A program made the translations under genes and the position numbers. From Mobula hypostoma (Eukaryota), in contig NC_086119.1 in assembly GCF_963921235.1 (NCBI RefSeq), forward strand, positions 26,598,001 through 26,662,000: a stretch of DNA of 64,000 nt, written 5' to 3'. Below are positions 25,925 through 39,000 of this stretch, in pieces (positions within the stretch are counted from its first letter, which is position 1; every line of letters begins with the position of its first letter). The notes beneath the pieces were generated by a model, which saw only the letters and a list, made by a program, of their open reading frames with translations, ran no database searches and was not told the origin of the DNA.

Positions 25925-27935
25925 TTCAAAGTTCAAAATAAATCCACTATCAATGTACACATAAGTCACTATTTAAAACACTGATATTTGTTTTCTTGTG
26001 GGCATAATCCATGAACCATAATAGAATCAATGAAAGACTGTACCCAACAGGATGGCCAAATAATCAATCCACAAAAGACACAAAACTGTGCAAATATAGA
26101 AGAAAAAAAAGAAATAATAATAAATAAATAAACAATAAATATCAAGAACATGATATGAAAGTGTCACAATGGGGTCGCTGGTAGCAGACCCAAATGCAAG
26201 ACACAGACACTGAAGTACAAGGAACAGGACTTGACTAGAGTAGGGACGTGACAGGATACAGACAGGGAACCCGGACAAGGAACTATGCACTAGGAGCCTG
26301 GGCTTGGGCTCTGAGCCAGTGACTGGACAAGGACCCAGAACCTGGGTCTTGCCTCAGGCTAGGGTTCCAGAACCAGGCAAGGACATGAGATGACTACAGG
26401 ACAGGCCATGGCTGGGGTTTTGGTCTTGAGGCATGGAGGCTGGGGTCTCCAGGCTTGGGTTCTTGGAGCTTGGCTTGGGATCCTCAAGGCTTGGGTTCTT
26501 GGAGCTTCCCCTGGGCAGGACACGGAACTCCTGGGCAGGACAAAGAACTTCACCCCATGGAGGCAAGGACAGGGAGGGACAGACCCAACCACAGGGTAAC
26601 GGCATATGGCCTGCTTACCCGACAGAGGCAAGGGACAGGAAGGGACAGAACCAACTACAGAGTAACAGCAATTACAGCCTGGCTTACCCAACAGAGGCAA
26701 GGACAGGAAAGGAGCTCAATCCAGGGTGGTTCTGAGTCTCGGAGCAGCCAGCAACCTTGGCTGGCTACAGAAACAGCCAAGTCCATACCACCATGACTGC
26801 TCCAACAAGTGGCAACAAGGCTCCATGAAGCAGTGGTCCTCCAACCAGGCCTAGAGATCACAAATTGTTTCACTAGCCTTCCATCAGCAGATTGCTCCAA
26901 GGGGGACTGACAAGACAAACCAGCAGCTCACACTCAATCCCAAGGCTACTTATATTCCAAGCCCCAAGATGGGAATCAAGTGCCTATGCTTAACTCAATC
27001 AAAACAAGGGACAGCTGGAATACCTGGAGTCCTGATACCAGGGACCGGACTGTGAACCGGAATGCAGACTTCACGGACTGGACCATGACAGAAAGTCCCT
27101 GAAAATGAGTCCACAGGTTGTGGCAACAGTTCAGTGATGGGGCGAGTGAAGTTCAATGAAGTTATCCTCACTGGTTCAAGAGCCTCATGGTGGAGGGGTT
27201 ATAACTATTCCTGAATCTGGTGGTATGAGTACTAAGGCTCATGTATCTTCTTCCTGATGGCAACAGTGAGAAGGAGCATGAGCTGGGTGGTGGGGGTCCT
27301 CGATGATGGATACTACTTTCCTGCGACAGTGTTTCATGTAGATGTGCTCACTGGTGGGGAAAGTTTTACCCATGATGTACTGGGTTGTATCTACTACTTT
27401 AAATAGGATATTCCATTCAAGGGCATTGGTGTTTCAATACCAGGCTGTGATGCAACCAATTAATATACTCTCCAACATACATCCATAGAAGTTTGTCGAA
27501 GTTTTAGATATCGTGCTGATATTTTGCAGACCTCTAAGGATGTAGAGGTATTGCAGTTCTTTCTTTGTAATTGCACTTATGTGATAGACCCAGGACAAGT
27601 CCTCTGAAATGATAACACTGAGGAATTTCAAGTTGCCAACGATCTCCACCTCTGATCACCCAATGAGGACTGGCTCATGGGCCTCTGGTTTCCTACTCCT
27701 GAAGTCAAGAACCATCTCCTAAGACTTGCTGACATTAAATGAGGTGTTGTTGCTATGGCACCACTCAGCCAGATTTTCAGTCTCCCTCTTACATGCTGAA
27801 TCGTCTCACCACCTTTGATTTGGACTATGACAATAGTGTCATTAGCAAACTTGAATATGGCATTGGAGCTGTGCTTAGTCTCACAGTCATAAGTATAAAG
27901 TGACTAGAGAAGGGGGTAAGCACACAGCCCTGTGT
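25925..27935 (-). mobile_element. Rex1/Babar-type LINE (RT C-terminus to 3' end), split by a solo LTR
   Basis: Antisense QGCVL.P, FKFANDT and KFLSVIISEDLSW..H...NFYGCMLESILIGCITAWY (ORF 27434-27649); (TTTGAAC)n tail at ~25925. Confidence 0.85.
26162..27090 (-). mobile_element. Solo LTR (~930 bp) with 5-bp TSD
   Basis: TGTCA...TGACA ends; GAAAG at 26157-26161 and 27091-27095; internal ~65-70-bp and ~19-bp tandem repeats; minus-strand start TGTCATGGTCCAGTCC is shared with the LTR at 43813. Confidence 0.9.
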
Positions 27936-28229
27936 TTTAGAAATATCTAAAACCAGAGAACAGAGAAAATTACCTCTGAGAATTTGAAACATTTTTAAAA
28001 TTCTGTTCATCAGATTTTAAAATTACGCAGAACAGGATAAGAAGTATACATGAGTATTTTCATAAGGCGTATCCTAGCTTACTTGTTTTAAACAGAGGTT
28101 TTAACCTAGTTAAATATTATAAGTTCATCTTGGGCTTCTTTCATGATGTTTAACAACATCCATGAGAAAGACTGGATAGGTGGGTAGTCTTTGCATAACT
28201 TAACTCCCCTATTAAAGTCCGTAAAACTA

Positions 28230-28800
28230 AAAGGAAACATTTAGGTTCAGTTGACCTATGTTCTACCTCGTTTGTTTTTGTCCACCATAATGCATAACAA
28301 CACCCCTTTTTAAGCCCCCTTACTATGGCCCGTTCTGCATCTTTGAACAGGGCAAAAAGACTTTTATTATCGAGAAGAAGGGTAAATCTGAATGTATTTC
28401 TATAGATCACTTTAAACCAGCCCACCAATATCAGGATGGTTCCACTACCGTACCCGCTGCATCACAATATTACCATGTGCGTCTTGGCACACCCCTGGAT
28501 GATTTGGAGGCACCTGCTGTTACTCCAACCAAGGGACATAGGACCTGAGCTAGGCAGCTCGTACGAGCTCCAGAAAAATTCACAATGGCAGTTTTGGTGA
28601 ATCCCAGGTGGGAGTCGGGCGGGTGGTATAGGCTAATGTAATGCATGACAGATGACACATACTGTTCATATTAGGAAATCCTCTACGTGATTCACAAACA
28701 CCATCATTGGGTTGTTCTGTTCAGTTTAAGAAGTGGTGTCTGATGTAATGATGCCAAAGTAAGGTGACTGCTTTTGGTTTATTCGTAATGGGAGTAAAAG
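28230..28800 (+). mobile_element. Gypsy/Ty3 integrase C-terminal remnant, polypurine tract and partial 3' LTR
   Basis: Translates roughly as FVFVHHNA..P..PYYGPFCIFEQGKKTFIIEKKGKSECISIDHFKPAH (GPF/Y module); purine-rich ggtgggagtcgggcgggtgg at ~28607-28627. Confidence 0.75.
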
Positions 28801-28849
28801 GCAGTGCCTTTTTTTTAAGCACAAGGTAAGTCTCTGCCATGTCTTATTC

Positions 28850-29660
28850 ACAGTGATGCAGCCAGTTCGAATGATCTCCATGGTACATCTGTAGAAATTT
28901 GAAGTACTTTTGGTGAAATGCTAAATCTCCTCAAACTCTCAATGAAATATAGCTGCTGTCTTGTCTTCTTTATAGCTACATTGATAAGTCGGGTCCATGT
29001 TGGGTTAGGTCCTCAGAGATACTGACATCCAGGAACTTGAAGTTGCTCACTCTCTCTACTTCTGATCCCTCTGTGAGGACTGGTGTGTGTTTCCTCATCT
29101 TACCCTTTCTGAAGTCCACAATCAGTTCTTTGGTCTACAGATGTACTGTGGAGACCATTCTAACTGGCTGCGTCACCATTTGGTATCGAGGGGGAGGGGT
29201 GCTACTACAACAGATAGACATAAGCTGAAGAGACTTGTAAACTTAGTCAGCTCCATCTTGGGCACTAGCCTCCCACCAGCATCCAGGACATCTTCAAGGA
29301 GCAGTGCCTCAGAAAGGTGACATTCATCATTAAGGACCCCCATCACCCAGGACATGCCCTCTTCTCATTGCGACCATCAAGAAGTACGGGAACCTGAAGA
29401 CACACACACTCAACAATTTAGGGATACCTTCTTCCCCTCTTCCATCCAATTTCTGAATGGACATTGGCCCAATGAACACGACCTCACTACTTTATTAAAA
29501 TTTTTATTTCTACACTACTTATTTAATTTAACTATTTAATATATTAATACACTTGCAATAATTCAGTTTTTTCCCTCTCATTACGTATTGCAATGTACTG
29601 CTGCTGCAAAAACAACAAATTTCACCACATATGCCAATGATACTAAGCCAGATTCTGATG
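28850..29660 (+). mobile_element. Rex1/Babar-type LINE with inverted 5' segment (28850-29134 antisense, 29135-29660 sense)
   Basis: Antisense part encodes TKELIVDFRK...FKFLDV.ISEDL...NFYRCTMEIIRTGCITV; sense part restarts at YRCTVETILTGCVTIWY and runs to a gattctgat tail. Confidence 0.8.
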
Positions 29661-30049
29661 GGAGTTTGATGGGAAATAAGATCATAAAATCTTGGAGATA
29701 CACAGCCAGTCAGGCAGCGTCTGTGGAGAGATAAACAGGATTAATACAGCAGGTGAATGATCTTTCATCAGAACTGGATAAATCAGAAAGAAGAGTTTAC
29801 ATTTGCAGTAAGTGTGAGGGGAAGAGTGAAACGACATTTTGGAGCTATCCGTTCAGAGAGAAGATAAAATCCAGAAGACTATGCAGGAACTGTGAAATGC
29901 ACATCCAGCAATTGTGATAAATGCTGAAAATACCCAAATCAGGCAGCATCCCTGTGGAGTGACTGTAATATTACAGATGGATAATCTTACAACAGAACCG
30001 TCTCACTCTGTAGTCAACAATCTTTTCAATATTGAGTTGAGTTGAATTC

Positions 30050-30400
30050 AATATTGAGACTTGAAGGAGCACTATCACGAGACCACTGGGTGGATAGAGG
30101 AATTGATTAAGAATATGCTCAAAGTCTCCTTTAGGAAATGCAATATCCCATTGACTCTCTGCATGGATCACTAAAAGTGGAGAAGGAAAATTCCACTTGG
30201 TATCGTGAATCTTGGGACCATGCATTGGGCAAGCCACAGAAACCCCACACAATCGGCTGAAGGAATGTATCTGCTCACAAAATGCAACTTCACCCGCTCT
30301 TCAGCCATCACTTATCCCTCCTAAGAAAGGTCTGTGGTTCTCAAGTTGGACCTCACCATCCACCGCAGAATCCGTATGAATGGGTTGGAAATGGGTCATG
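30050..30400 (+). mobile_element. Old RTE-clade LINE 3' end
   Basis: Degenerate ...KNMLKVSFRKCNIP.D...KWRRKI...KVCGSQVGL..H.R, resembling the RTE C-terminus. Confidence 0.55.
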
Positions 30401-31308
30401 AAAAATAAAGGAAGCAGACTGACTTACTAAGTATTTGCAGCATTTTCTTCATCTGCAGTTTATTTTTAATCTTCAGTTTTGTTTGAGGGGAGCTGTTTGC
30501 TTCAGCTCTTTGGTAACATGGAAGGTGGGGCAAATAGCACAGAAAGGCACATTCAGATGGAAAAGAATATGGTTGAATACCTAACTAAAAACTTTGTACT
30601 TGCTACTTAAATTAAAAAAACAGTAATTTTCTATGGCTTCTGTACAGGCCTTGTCTCTCAGTAGAGCAGTACCCATTATTTAATGCTTTAATTCACTGGC
30701 TAATACATATCCATGGTTGTGTTGCGGAAAATTGCTCTGCGTGGGTGGCGAGGGTTATATACTTTGCAGGAATCATGAGGAAGTAATGGAACTAGCTTCC
30801 TTGAAGTTTAACTGCCTAGTTTCTGTGAAATGTTGCCTATGAACTCCTGCTATCAATGCTTGTTTCTAGTATCACAAGCAACCCTATACTTCAGTCTGTT
30901 GAGAGGTATTTGTTAAGAAAAGGAACATTCACTGTGAATCATGAGAGAACTGTAATTTTTGCATAGCTTGTGAATAGAGCCTGCAACCACGGAAACAGTA
31001 AATTCTTTAATGCATTTGCAATAATTAGTAAAAAGTCACAACTTCCAGAACTGTAAATAATCATGGTTAGATTCTTATGCAGAGTATACTTTTTATTAAG
31101 GCTTCTTATGTTCTTAAATGAGATATTAATTTTTTATGTATGAATATTGGTACCTATAATCTATCCAGATAAATAGCAATAATTTGTCAAACCGTGATAA
31201 AGCATGAGAATAAAATTCAAAAATCTGTACAATAAAACTACAAAAATTGAGCAAGTTCTGGACTTTTGTGTTGTGAGATTAGCAGGTGTTTTGGATGACT
31301 GAATAGTT

Positions 31309-31980
31309 TTAGATTAGATTATGAGGACACGCAGTCCTCTTTTATTGTCATTCAGCAATGCATGCATTAAGAAATGATACAATGTTCCTCCAGAATGATA
31401 TCACAGAAACACAAGGCAAACCAAGACTAAAAAAAACTGACAAAAACCACATAATTATAACATATAGTTACAACAGTGCAAAGCAATACCATAATTTGAT
31501 AAAGAATAGACCATGGGCACGGTAAAAAAAAGTCTCAAAGTCTCTCGAAAGTCCCATCATCTCACGCAGATGGTAGAAGGAAGAAAAACTCTCCCTGCCA
31601 TGAGCTTCCAGCGCCTCAAACTTGCCGATGCAGCACCCTGGAAGCACCCGACCACAGCCGACTCTCGAGTCCGTCCGAAAACTTGGAGCCGCTGACTAGC
31701 CCTCCGACACAGAGCATCGAGCACCATCTCTGCCGAGCACTTCGACCCCGGCCCCGGCAATAGGCAAAGCCGAGGATTTGGGGCCTTCTCCTCCGGAGAT
31801 TCTTGATTGCACAATAGCAGCGGCAGCAAAGTGGGCATTTCAGAAGTTTCTCCAGATATTCGTCCGTGCTCCTCACGTCTATCTCCATCAAATCAGGATT
31901 GTGCACGGCATCCTACTTACAAATATGATATCATTTCGGAGCGGCTGCGCGCGCTGCGTCGCGTCGCCATCTTCTCCTCC
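31309..31980 (-). mobile_element. ~670-bp non-autonomous retroposon, copy 1
   Basis: Minus-strand 5' end GGAGGAGAAGATGGCGACGCGACGCAGCG; 3' end gacaataaaagaggactgcgtgtcctcataa(TCTAA)n; colinear with 38322-39000. Confidence 0.85.
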
Positions 31981-32684
31981 TACTAATAACCAGTTACTTT
32001 AATTTACAGTTCAAGAAAAGACTTTAGTGTATTTTATTAAATCTTCTAATCAATCCTGGAAGCTCAAGATGGAGTGTGGAAACCAAGGCCTCTGCAGTTG
32101 AAAAGGAACGCAGGAACCAGGTCTTGGGATCTCAGAGAGAGAGAGAGAGGAAAATGGGATCATAGAGATTTGAAAGCGAGCTAAGGAAATGGGACCTTTG
32201 AGTTTTAAGGGGCGTAGCAAACATTAGGCAATAAACCAGGTGCCAAACCTACAGGAGTTCTGAATAGTCAGATAGCAGATTATGCGAGTTTTACCGTTGT
32301 CAGTCTCTGCATAGTTGGGAAAAAAAAGGAAAGACCATTATTAGTTTTAGGAGGAGATAGCCAATTAACACCACAAGGTTTTTGTTTCTGCCAAGGTAAT
32401 CATCTATCAGAATTATTAATCTATCCTTCATTTAGCTACTGAGAAGCCAACATCATCTTGAGGATTAGTTCTTGCTTCAGTTTTTAAAAATCTGACCTGA
32501 GGTAGGGCATTCCTACTGGATTCTATGCTGTGAAATGTGTATGAGTACTCTAATAAATTAAACATGTACTTAAGACACTCTCTTGCATTTTGCACTGCAG
32601 CTATTAATCCTCTTGTGTTAATTTTCAATTGAAAAGAAGTCTCTGGACTGCTTACATAATTTTGTCTCTGAGTGACCACTACTC

Positions 32685-32787
32685 AAAGTCCTGAAGAAGG
32701 ATCTCCGCCTGAAATATCGACTGTTTACTCTTTTCCATCGAAGCTACCTGGCCTGTTGTGTTCTTCCAGCATTTTGTGTGTGTTGCC
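32685..32787 (+). mobile_element. Penelope 3' terminus with minimal hammerhead-like motif
   Basis: agtc-CTGAAGA-agg(atctccg)cct-GAAA-tatc-gact followed by ccagcattttgtgtgtgttgc. Confidence 0.8.
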
Positions 32788-33988
32788 AAAGATAGGTCAT
32801 CTAAACTTGGTCAAAGGGGGAAATTTTAAGGAATGTCTGTAGAGGTAGGTAGACATTCACACAAATTCCTTATCTTCCCGGGCACTAGCAACTGGCGACA
32901 TTGCTGTCAAGGATGAGGCAATTGAAATATGAAAAGATAAAAAAGAACAGAACCAGAGAAACAATATTTCAGAATATTGCAAACCTGAGAGAGATTATAG
33001 GGTCAGAGAAGTTAGCTGATGTAGGAGTTAGTGATGAACATTTTCAAATCAAAGCTTTCTTTATATGGGCGCCAATATTTAGGTGAAGCATAAACAGAAC
33101 TTGGCTCAAGTTAGACAAGTAATTTCAACCAATTCGATAAAGGAGTTATGCAGAGCAAGTACGATACCACTAAGATCCTGTGTGGGTCACAAATGCATCA
33201 AGGATCTTCAAAGCACAGGATAACAATTTTCTTGATATTTTCCATAATCTGGGATTAGCAACAATAATAACAACAATCTGTGACTCATCTGCATTGCAAG
33301 CATGATCCAGTTTAAAGTCCCAAATCTGCTGACAGACTTAATTGTAATCCGGTGGGAAATGCAATCTGCCACTTCTCTGTTGTTGTCCAAGCCAAGTATA
33401 AAAACTTACTTTGTGTACACAGTTCACAAATTGTCCCTTAATCTGGCATGGCCAGATGTTTCACTCTGGCCCAGAAGCAGCGAGTTTATGGTTACAAGCA
33501 CTTGATTTATTAAAAACAGAAAAAATGTATTTCTTCCTTAGCAAAGAAAAATGTATTTGAATGCTCCACATAATCTTAGAAGTGCCCAAAGAAAAAAATT
33601 ATTTTCCAAGGGAGTGCATTGAATTAGAATTTCTTATCTATAATGTAAATCAAATTGCATCCTGAAAATGTTTCCCTTGGAGCACAATACATCTCTGAAA
33701 TCTTCTTCCAAAATGAATATTGGGATGCGGAGGGAGATTTCACTCCCAAGAGAGATAAGACAATTTAGTACAATGACATAGCAACCAAAAAAACAGGGGT
33801 AGGTCTTTCCTCCCTTTCCACCATTCATTGGTGAATGATCCTTTGACTCAACATTATGATTCAGCACTACCCCTCAATTTCCTTAATGCCAAAAAATCCA
33901 TCAGTTCCTGTTTTCAACAACTTGTGACTGAGTCTGCACCAGCCTCTAGCCAAGAGCATTCCAAAGATTCATGCTACTCTTGATGAAG

Positions 33989-36544
33989 TGTTGTAAGTGA
34001 GGAAACAGATTCGATAGGTCTCAAAGGCGAGGACTCTGGACACAGTCTTGGTAGTAAAGGATTTTATTTATAGAAGGCAAACGTGGGAAAATGACAACAG
34101 AAGCAACATGGACACAATTTACAGTAGTCAGATCAGCAAAACACACACACACAGTCAATAGAATACCCGACACCCTTGACTCTCTGTGGGCATGGCTCTT
34201 ATGATATTAGAGATGATATCCATACCCCTAACCCTACTCAATGCACAACTCAGCAATGGTAGGGTGGTCCCTCGGAGGTAGCAAAAAAGAGAAAGATTCA
34301 ACCACATGTGGCTTCCTTTATAGTGCAGCAGGGCTGATGAGTCCAGCCCAGGTGATTCATAGGGAAGCCAATGTCTCACTGCCAGCAGGGTTAAGCTGAT
34401 TACAAAGGCCAATTGCCCGAGGTCAAGTACAAGGCTAATTAAAGGGGCCAATGGTTAGGTGTGCATTGATGGGCAAGGAGGGGTCAAACCTTGATTGGCA
34501 GGTGGCGTGTCTTTCGACCAGGTAAATGGGCAGTGCTGTCATGTCAGAAAAAGTGGCTCACCTGAGGACTGGGAGAAATTCAGAGTTCAGCAGAGGAGGA
34601 CAAAGGGCTTAATTAGGAAGGGGAAAAAAGATTATGAGAGAAAACTGGCAGGGAACATAAAAACTGACTGTAAAAGCTTTTATAGATATGTAAAAAGGAA
34701 AAGACTGGTAAAGACAAATGTAGGTCCCCTACAGACAGAAACAGGTGAATTGATTATGGGGAGCAAGGACATGGCAGACCAATTGAATAATTACTTTGCT
34801 TCTGTCTTCACTAAGGAGGACATAAATAATCTTCCAGAAATAGTAGGGGACAGAGGGTCCAGTGAGATGGAGGAACTGAGCGAACTACATGTTAGTAGGG
34901 AAGTGGTGTTAGGTAAATTGAAGGGATTAAAGGCAGATAAATCCCCAGGGCCAGATGGTCTGCATCCCAGAGTGCTTAAGGAAGTAGCCCAAGAAATAGT
35001 GGATGCATTAGTGATAATTTTTCAAAACTCGTTAGATTCTGGACTAGTTCCTGAGGATTGGAGGGTGGCTAATGTAACCCCACTTTTTAAAAAAGGAGGG
35101 AGAGAGAAACCGGGGAATTATAGACCGGTTAGCCTAACGTCGGTGGTGGGGAAACTGCTGGAGTCAGTTATCAAAGGTGTGATAACAGCACATTTGGAAA
35201 GCGGTGAAATCATCAGACAAAGTCAGCATGGATTTGTGAAAGGAAAATCATGTCTGACAAATCTCATAGAATTTTTTGAGGATGTAACTAGTAGAGTGGA
35301 TAGGGGAGAACCAGTGGATGTGGTATATTTGGATTTTCAAAAGGCTTTTGACAAGGTCCCACACAGGAGATCAGTGTGCAAACTTAAAGCACACGGTATT
35401 GGGGGTAAGATATTGATGTGGATAGAGAATTGGTTAGCAGACGGGAAGCAAAGAGTGGGAATAAACGGGACCTTTTCAGAATGGCAGGCAGTGACTAGTG
35501 GGGTACCGCAAGGCTCAGTGCTGGGACCCCAGTTGTTTACAATATATATTAATGACTTGGATGAGGGAATTAAATGCAGCATCTCCAAGTTTGCGGATGA
35601 CACGAAGCTGGGCGGCAGTGTTAGCTGTGAGGAGGATGCTAAGAGGATGCAGAGTGACTTGGATAGGTTGGGTGAGTGGGCAAATTCATGGCAGATGCAA
35701 TTTAATGTGGATAAATGTGAAGTTATCCACTTTGGTGGCAAAAATAGGAAAACAGATTATTATCTGAATGGTGGCTGATTAGGAAAGGGGGAGGTGCAAC
35801 GAGACCTGGGTGTCATTATACACCAGTCATTGAAAGTGGGCATGCAGGTACAGCAGGCGGTGAAAACGGCGAATGGTATGCTGGCATTTATAGCGAGAGG
35901 ATTCGAGTACAGGAGCAGGGAGGTACTACTGCAGTTGTACAAGGCCTTGGTGAGACCACACCTGGAGTATTGTGTGCAGTTTTGGTCCCCTAATCTGAGG
36001 AAAGACATCCTTGCCATAGAGGGAGTACAAAGAAGGTTCACCAGATTGATTCCTGGGATGGCAGGACTTTCATATGAAGAAAGACTGGATGAACTAGGCT
36101 TGTACTCGCTGGAATTTAGAAGATTGAGGGGGATCTGATTGAAACGTATAAAATCCTAAAGGGATTGGACAGGCTAGATGCAGGAAGATTGTTCCCGATG
36201 TTGGGGAAGTCCAGAACGAGGGGTCACAATTTGAGGATAAGGGGGAAGCCTTTTAGGACTGAGATTAGGAAAAACTTCTTCACACAGAGAGTGGTGAATC
36301 TGTGGAATTCTCTGCCACAGGAAACAGTTGAGGCCAGTTCATTGGCTAGATTTGAGAGGGAGTTAGATATGGCCCTTGTGGCTACGGGGATCAGGGGGTA
36401 TGGAGGGAAGGCTGGTGCAGGGTTCTGAGTTGGATGATCAGCCATGATCATAATAAATGGCGGTGCAGGCTCGAAGGGCCGAATGGCCTACTCCTGCACC
36501 TATTTTCTATGTTTCTATGTGACAGTCACAACCCCTCCGATACA
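33989..36544 (-). mobile_element. Solo LTR (~580 bp net) with 5-bp TSD, interrupted by a CR1
   Basis: TGTTG...ATACA ends; TGAAG at 33984-33988 and 36545-36549; minus-strand AATAAA near 34063; flanks rejoin as an old antisense CR1-like fragment. Confidence 0.85.
34545..36520 (+). mobile_element. Young 5'-truncated CR1 LINE, ~2 kb, RT nearly intact
   Basis: ORF with KSPGPDGLHPRVLKE, NYRPVSLTS, YLDFQKAFDKV, GVPQGSVLGP and KFADDTK; one in-frame TGA (35776-35778) and one 1-bp deletion in a G run (~36130); (TTCTATGT)n tail; ATGT at both junctions. Confidence 0.97.
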
Positions 36545-37289
36545 TGAAGACAATTTGTGTATCTACTCTGAATGGCCCCTGTCTCTGGATACTTCACGCA
36601 GGGGAAGTACCATCCTCTTATCTATCCTCTCAAGCCACTGATGAATTTGGTACCTTTCAATTAAATTACCTCTCATTCTTCTAAACTCTTGAGAGTATAA
36701 ACCCTGCTTAATTTCATCTCACAGAACAATCCATATAATCCAGGAATAAATCTGATGAGCCTTTACTCATCCTTTGACAAGGGATTTCCGATGATATTCT
36801 CTTGCCACAAGTGAATAAATTCCTAAAAGTGTATTAATTTGTATCTTGCAAAATGACAATTCCAATCCAATATCTGCTCATGCTGTTACGAAGAAAAACT
36901 TGCTGTAAATAAAACTGTGACAGCTTTCATGAGAATACAGACAGATTCAACTGTACCACACATATAATAGATTGGTTACTGAAGCGAGCAACAGGATGCA
37001 TGTAAAGATATGCTTGCGATTATAAATCAGAACTGTTTCAAGACATTAATCGATTATTGCTGAAACAGAATGCAGGGCAATTAGTTGTGAAGTAACAATA
37101 AAAGTTATATAAATCTACCTTCTGGATACATTTGAGGAGTTTGAAAAAGTTGTGTTCAGGATAGATGATATTTTGCACACTGTTGTATATAATAAAATTA
37201 ACCTTGGTAGAAATTGATCATGTTTTTCAAAATATGTTTATGTATGTATTTTCAGACTTGGAGTTTTACTATACTTAAAGCAATGAAAT

Positions 37290-37631
37290 TGGATCTGCTG
37301 ATCCCCTGGGGTGTTCATGCACAACAGTCTCCAGAGTTTTCAGAGAACAGTGCAAAAAACAAAAAAAAAAATTCAATGAGCAGCAGTTCTGTGGGCAAAA
37401 ACACCTTGTTAATGAGAGAGTTCAGAGGAGAATGGCCAGATTAGTTCAAGTTGACAGGAAGGCAACAGTAACTTAAATAACCATGTATTACAACAGTGGT
37501 GTGCGGAAGAGCATCGCTAAATGCACAACATGACAAACCTTGAAGAGGATGGGCGACAGCAGTAGAAAGCCACAAACGTGCACTCACTTTATTTAGATAC
37601 ATTAAGTACCTAATTAAGTGGCCTCTGAGTG
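37290..37631 (+). mobile_element. Non-autonomous Tc1-family element (transposase N-terminal remnant and TIR)
   Basis: Encodes roughly ...SRVFREQC...QFCGQKHLVNERVQRRMARLVQVDRKATVT...; ends cctaattaagtggcctctgagtg-TA. Confidence 0.85.
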
Positions 37632-37656
37632 TATATTCGAGAAATGGATGTGGTGG

Positions 37657-38080
37657 TGTCAAAGAAAACCAACTCCAGAGGCCAGACTTCAAGCCGTAAT
37701 ATCTTTATTCAGCATGGCATCATAGGGAACTTGCAGAAAAGTGCAAAGCTCTGAGTAACAGAGCTATTTCAGCATATATTTATACTGCTGAACAGGTGAA
37801 TATCCATGACTACTGGCATGCAAGTGAATCTGCTACACAAGCAGATATATGTAATCAGGAGCAAATAAATACATCTGTAGTACAAGGTATTTTAATCATA
37901 GAACAGACAGTGACTAAATTGTATGAGTATGTGTTCTTCTTTTCTGAACTCAGTGCTGTATCCTGACTATGAAAGACTGTCTGCAGGTCTGAGCTCAGGA
38001 CATTGGGTTACAGCATTCAAACAGAAAAATGCAAGCGAGCTATTTAGTTCATTAACCATTTTGCAGGCCCTCCTTCCACA
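37657..38080 (-). mobile_element. Probable solo LTR (~425 bp)
   Basis: TGTCA...CCACA ends; GGTGG (37652-37656) versus GGTAG (38081-38085) as an imperfect 5-bp TSD; minus-strand AATAAA at ~37704. Confidence 0.55.
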
Positions 38081-38321
38081 GGTAGACTGGTTGTGTTAAC
38101 CGGAGTAAATCACGGGGAAGTAAGTCAAAAAGCAGGTCGGGATGGGTTAGTGTGTGGTTGTGAACTATAGAGAGAGATAAGGTAAAATACGTATAAACCT
38201 AAGGATGGGTAGTTGTGAATGTAAACCAACAAGAAATATGTAGTTAAATGTAGGTGTGAATTAATGGGAGAGATGTTGACAGAGTTTGTGAAATATTCTG
38301 CTAATTACTTTCGTGAAATGA

Positions 38322-39000
38322 ATTAGATTAGATTATGAGGACACACAGTCCTCTTTTATTGTCATTTAGTAATGCATGCGTTAAGAAATGATACAATTTT
38401 TTCCTCCAGAATGATATCACAGAAACACAAGACAAGCCAAGACTAAAAAAAAAATGACAGAAACCACGTAATTATAACATATAGTTACAACAGTGCAAAG
38501 CAATACCATAATTTGATGAAAACAGACCATGGGCACGGGTAAAAAAAATTCTCAAAGTCTCTCGAAAGTCCCATCATCTCACGCAGGCGGTTGAAGGGAG
38601 AAACTCTCCCTACCATGAGCTTCCAGCGCCGCAAACTTGCCGATGCAGCATCCTAGAAGCACTCGACCACAGTCTGACTCTGAGTCCATCCAAAAACTTC
38701 GAGACTCCGACCAGCCCTCCGACACCGAGCACCATCTCTGCCGAGCGCTTTGACCCCAACCCTGACAACAGGCAATAGGCAAAGCTGAGGATTTGGGGCC
38801 TTCCCCTCCAGAGATTCTTGATTGCACAGTAGCAGTGGCAGCGAAACAGGCATTTCAGAAGTTTCTCTAGATGTTCCTCTGTGCTTCTCACGTCCGTCTC
38901 CATCAAATCAGGATTGTGCATGGCCCCTATTTAACAAATACAATATCAATTCGGAGCAGCTGCCACGCTGTGTTGTGCCGCCATCTTCTCTTCCCCTCCT
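38322..39000 (-). mobile_element. ~670-bp non-autonomous retroposon, copy 2
   Basis: Colinear with 31309-31980 from the AAGATGGCG head to the (TCTAA)n tail. Confidence 0.85.

Noticed and set aside
26354-26918. Cluster of overlapping ORFs on both strands
   Set aside because: GC-rich tandem repeats within a solo LTR; low-complexity translations.
34495-35778. 427-aa ORF as an intact or domesticated RT gene
   Set aside because: 5'-truncated CR1 lacking the endonuclease; the start is borrowed from LTR sequence; it ends at a premature TGA.
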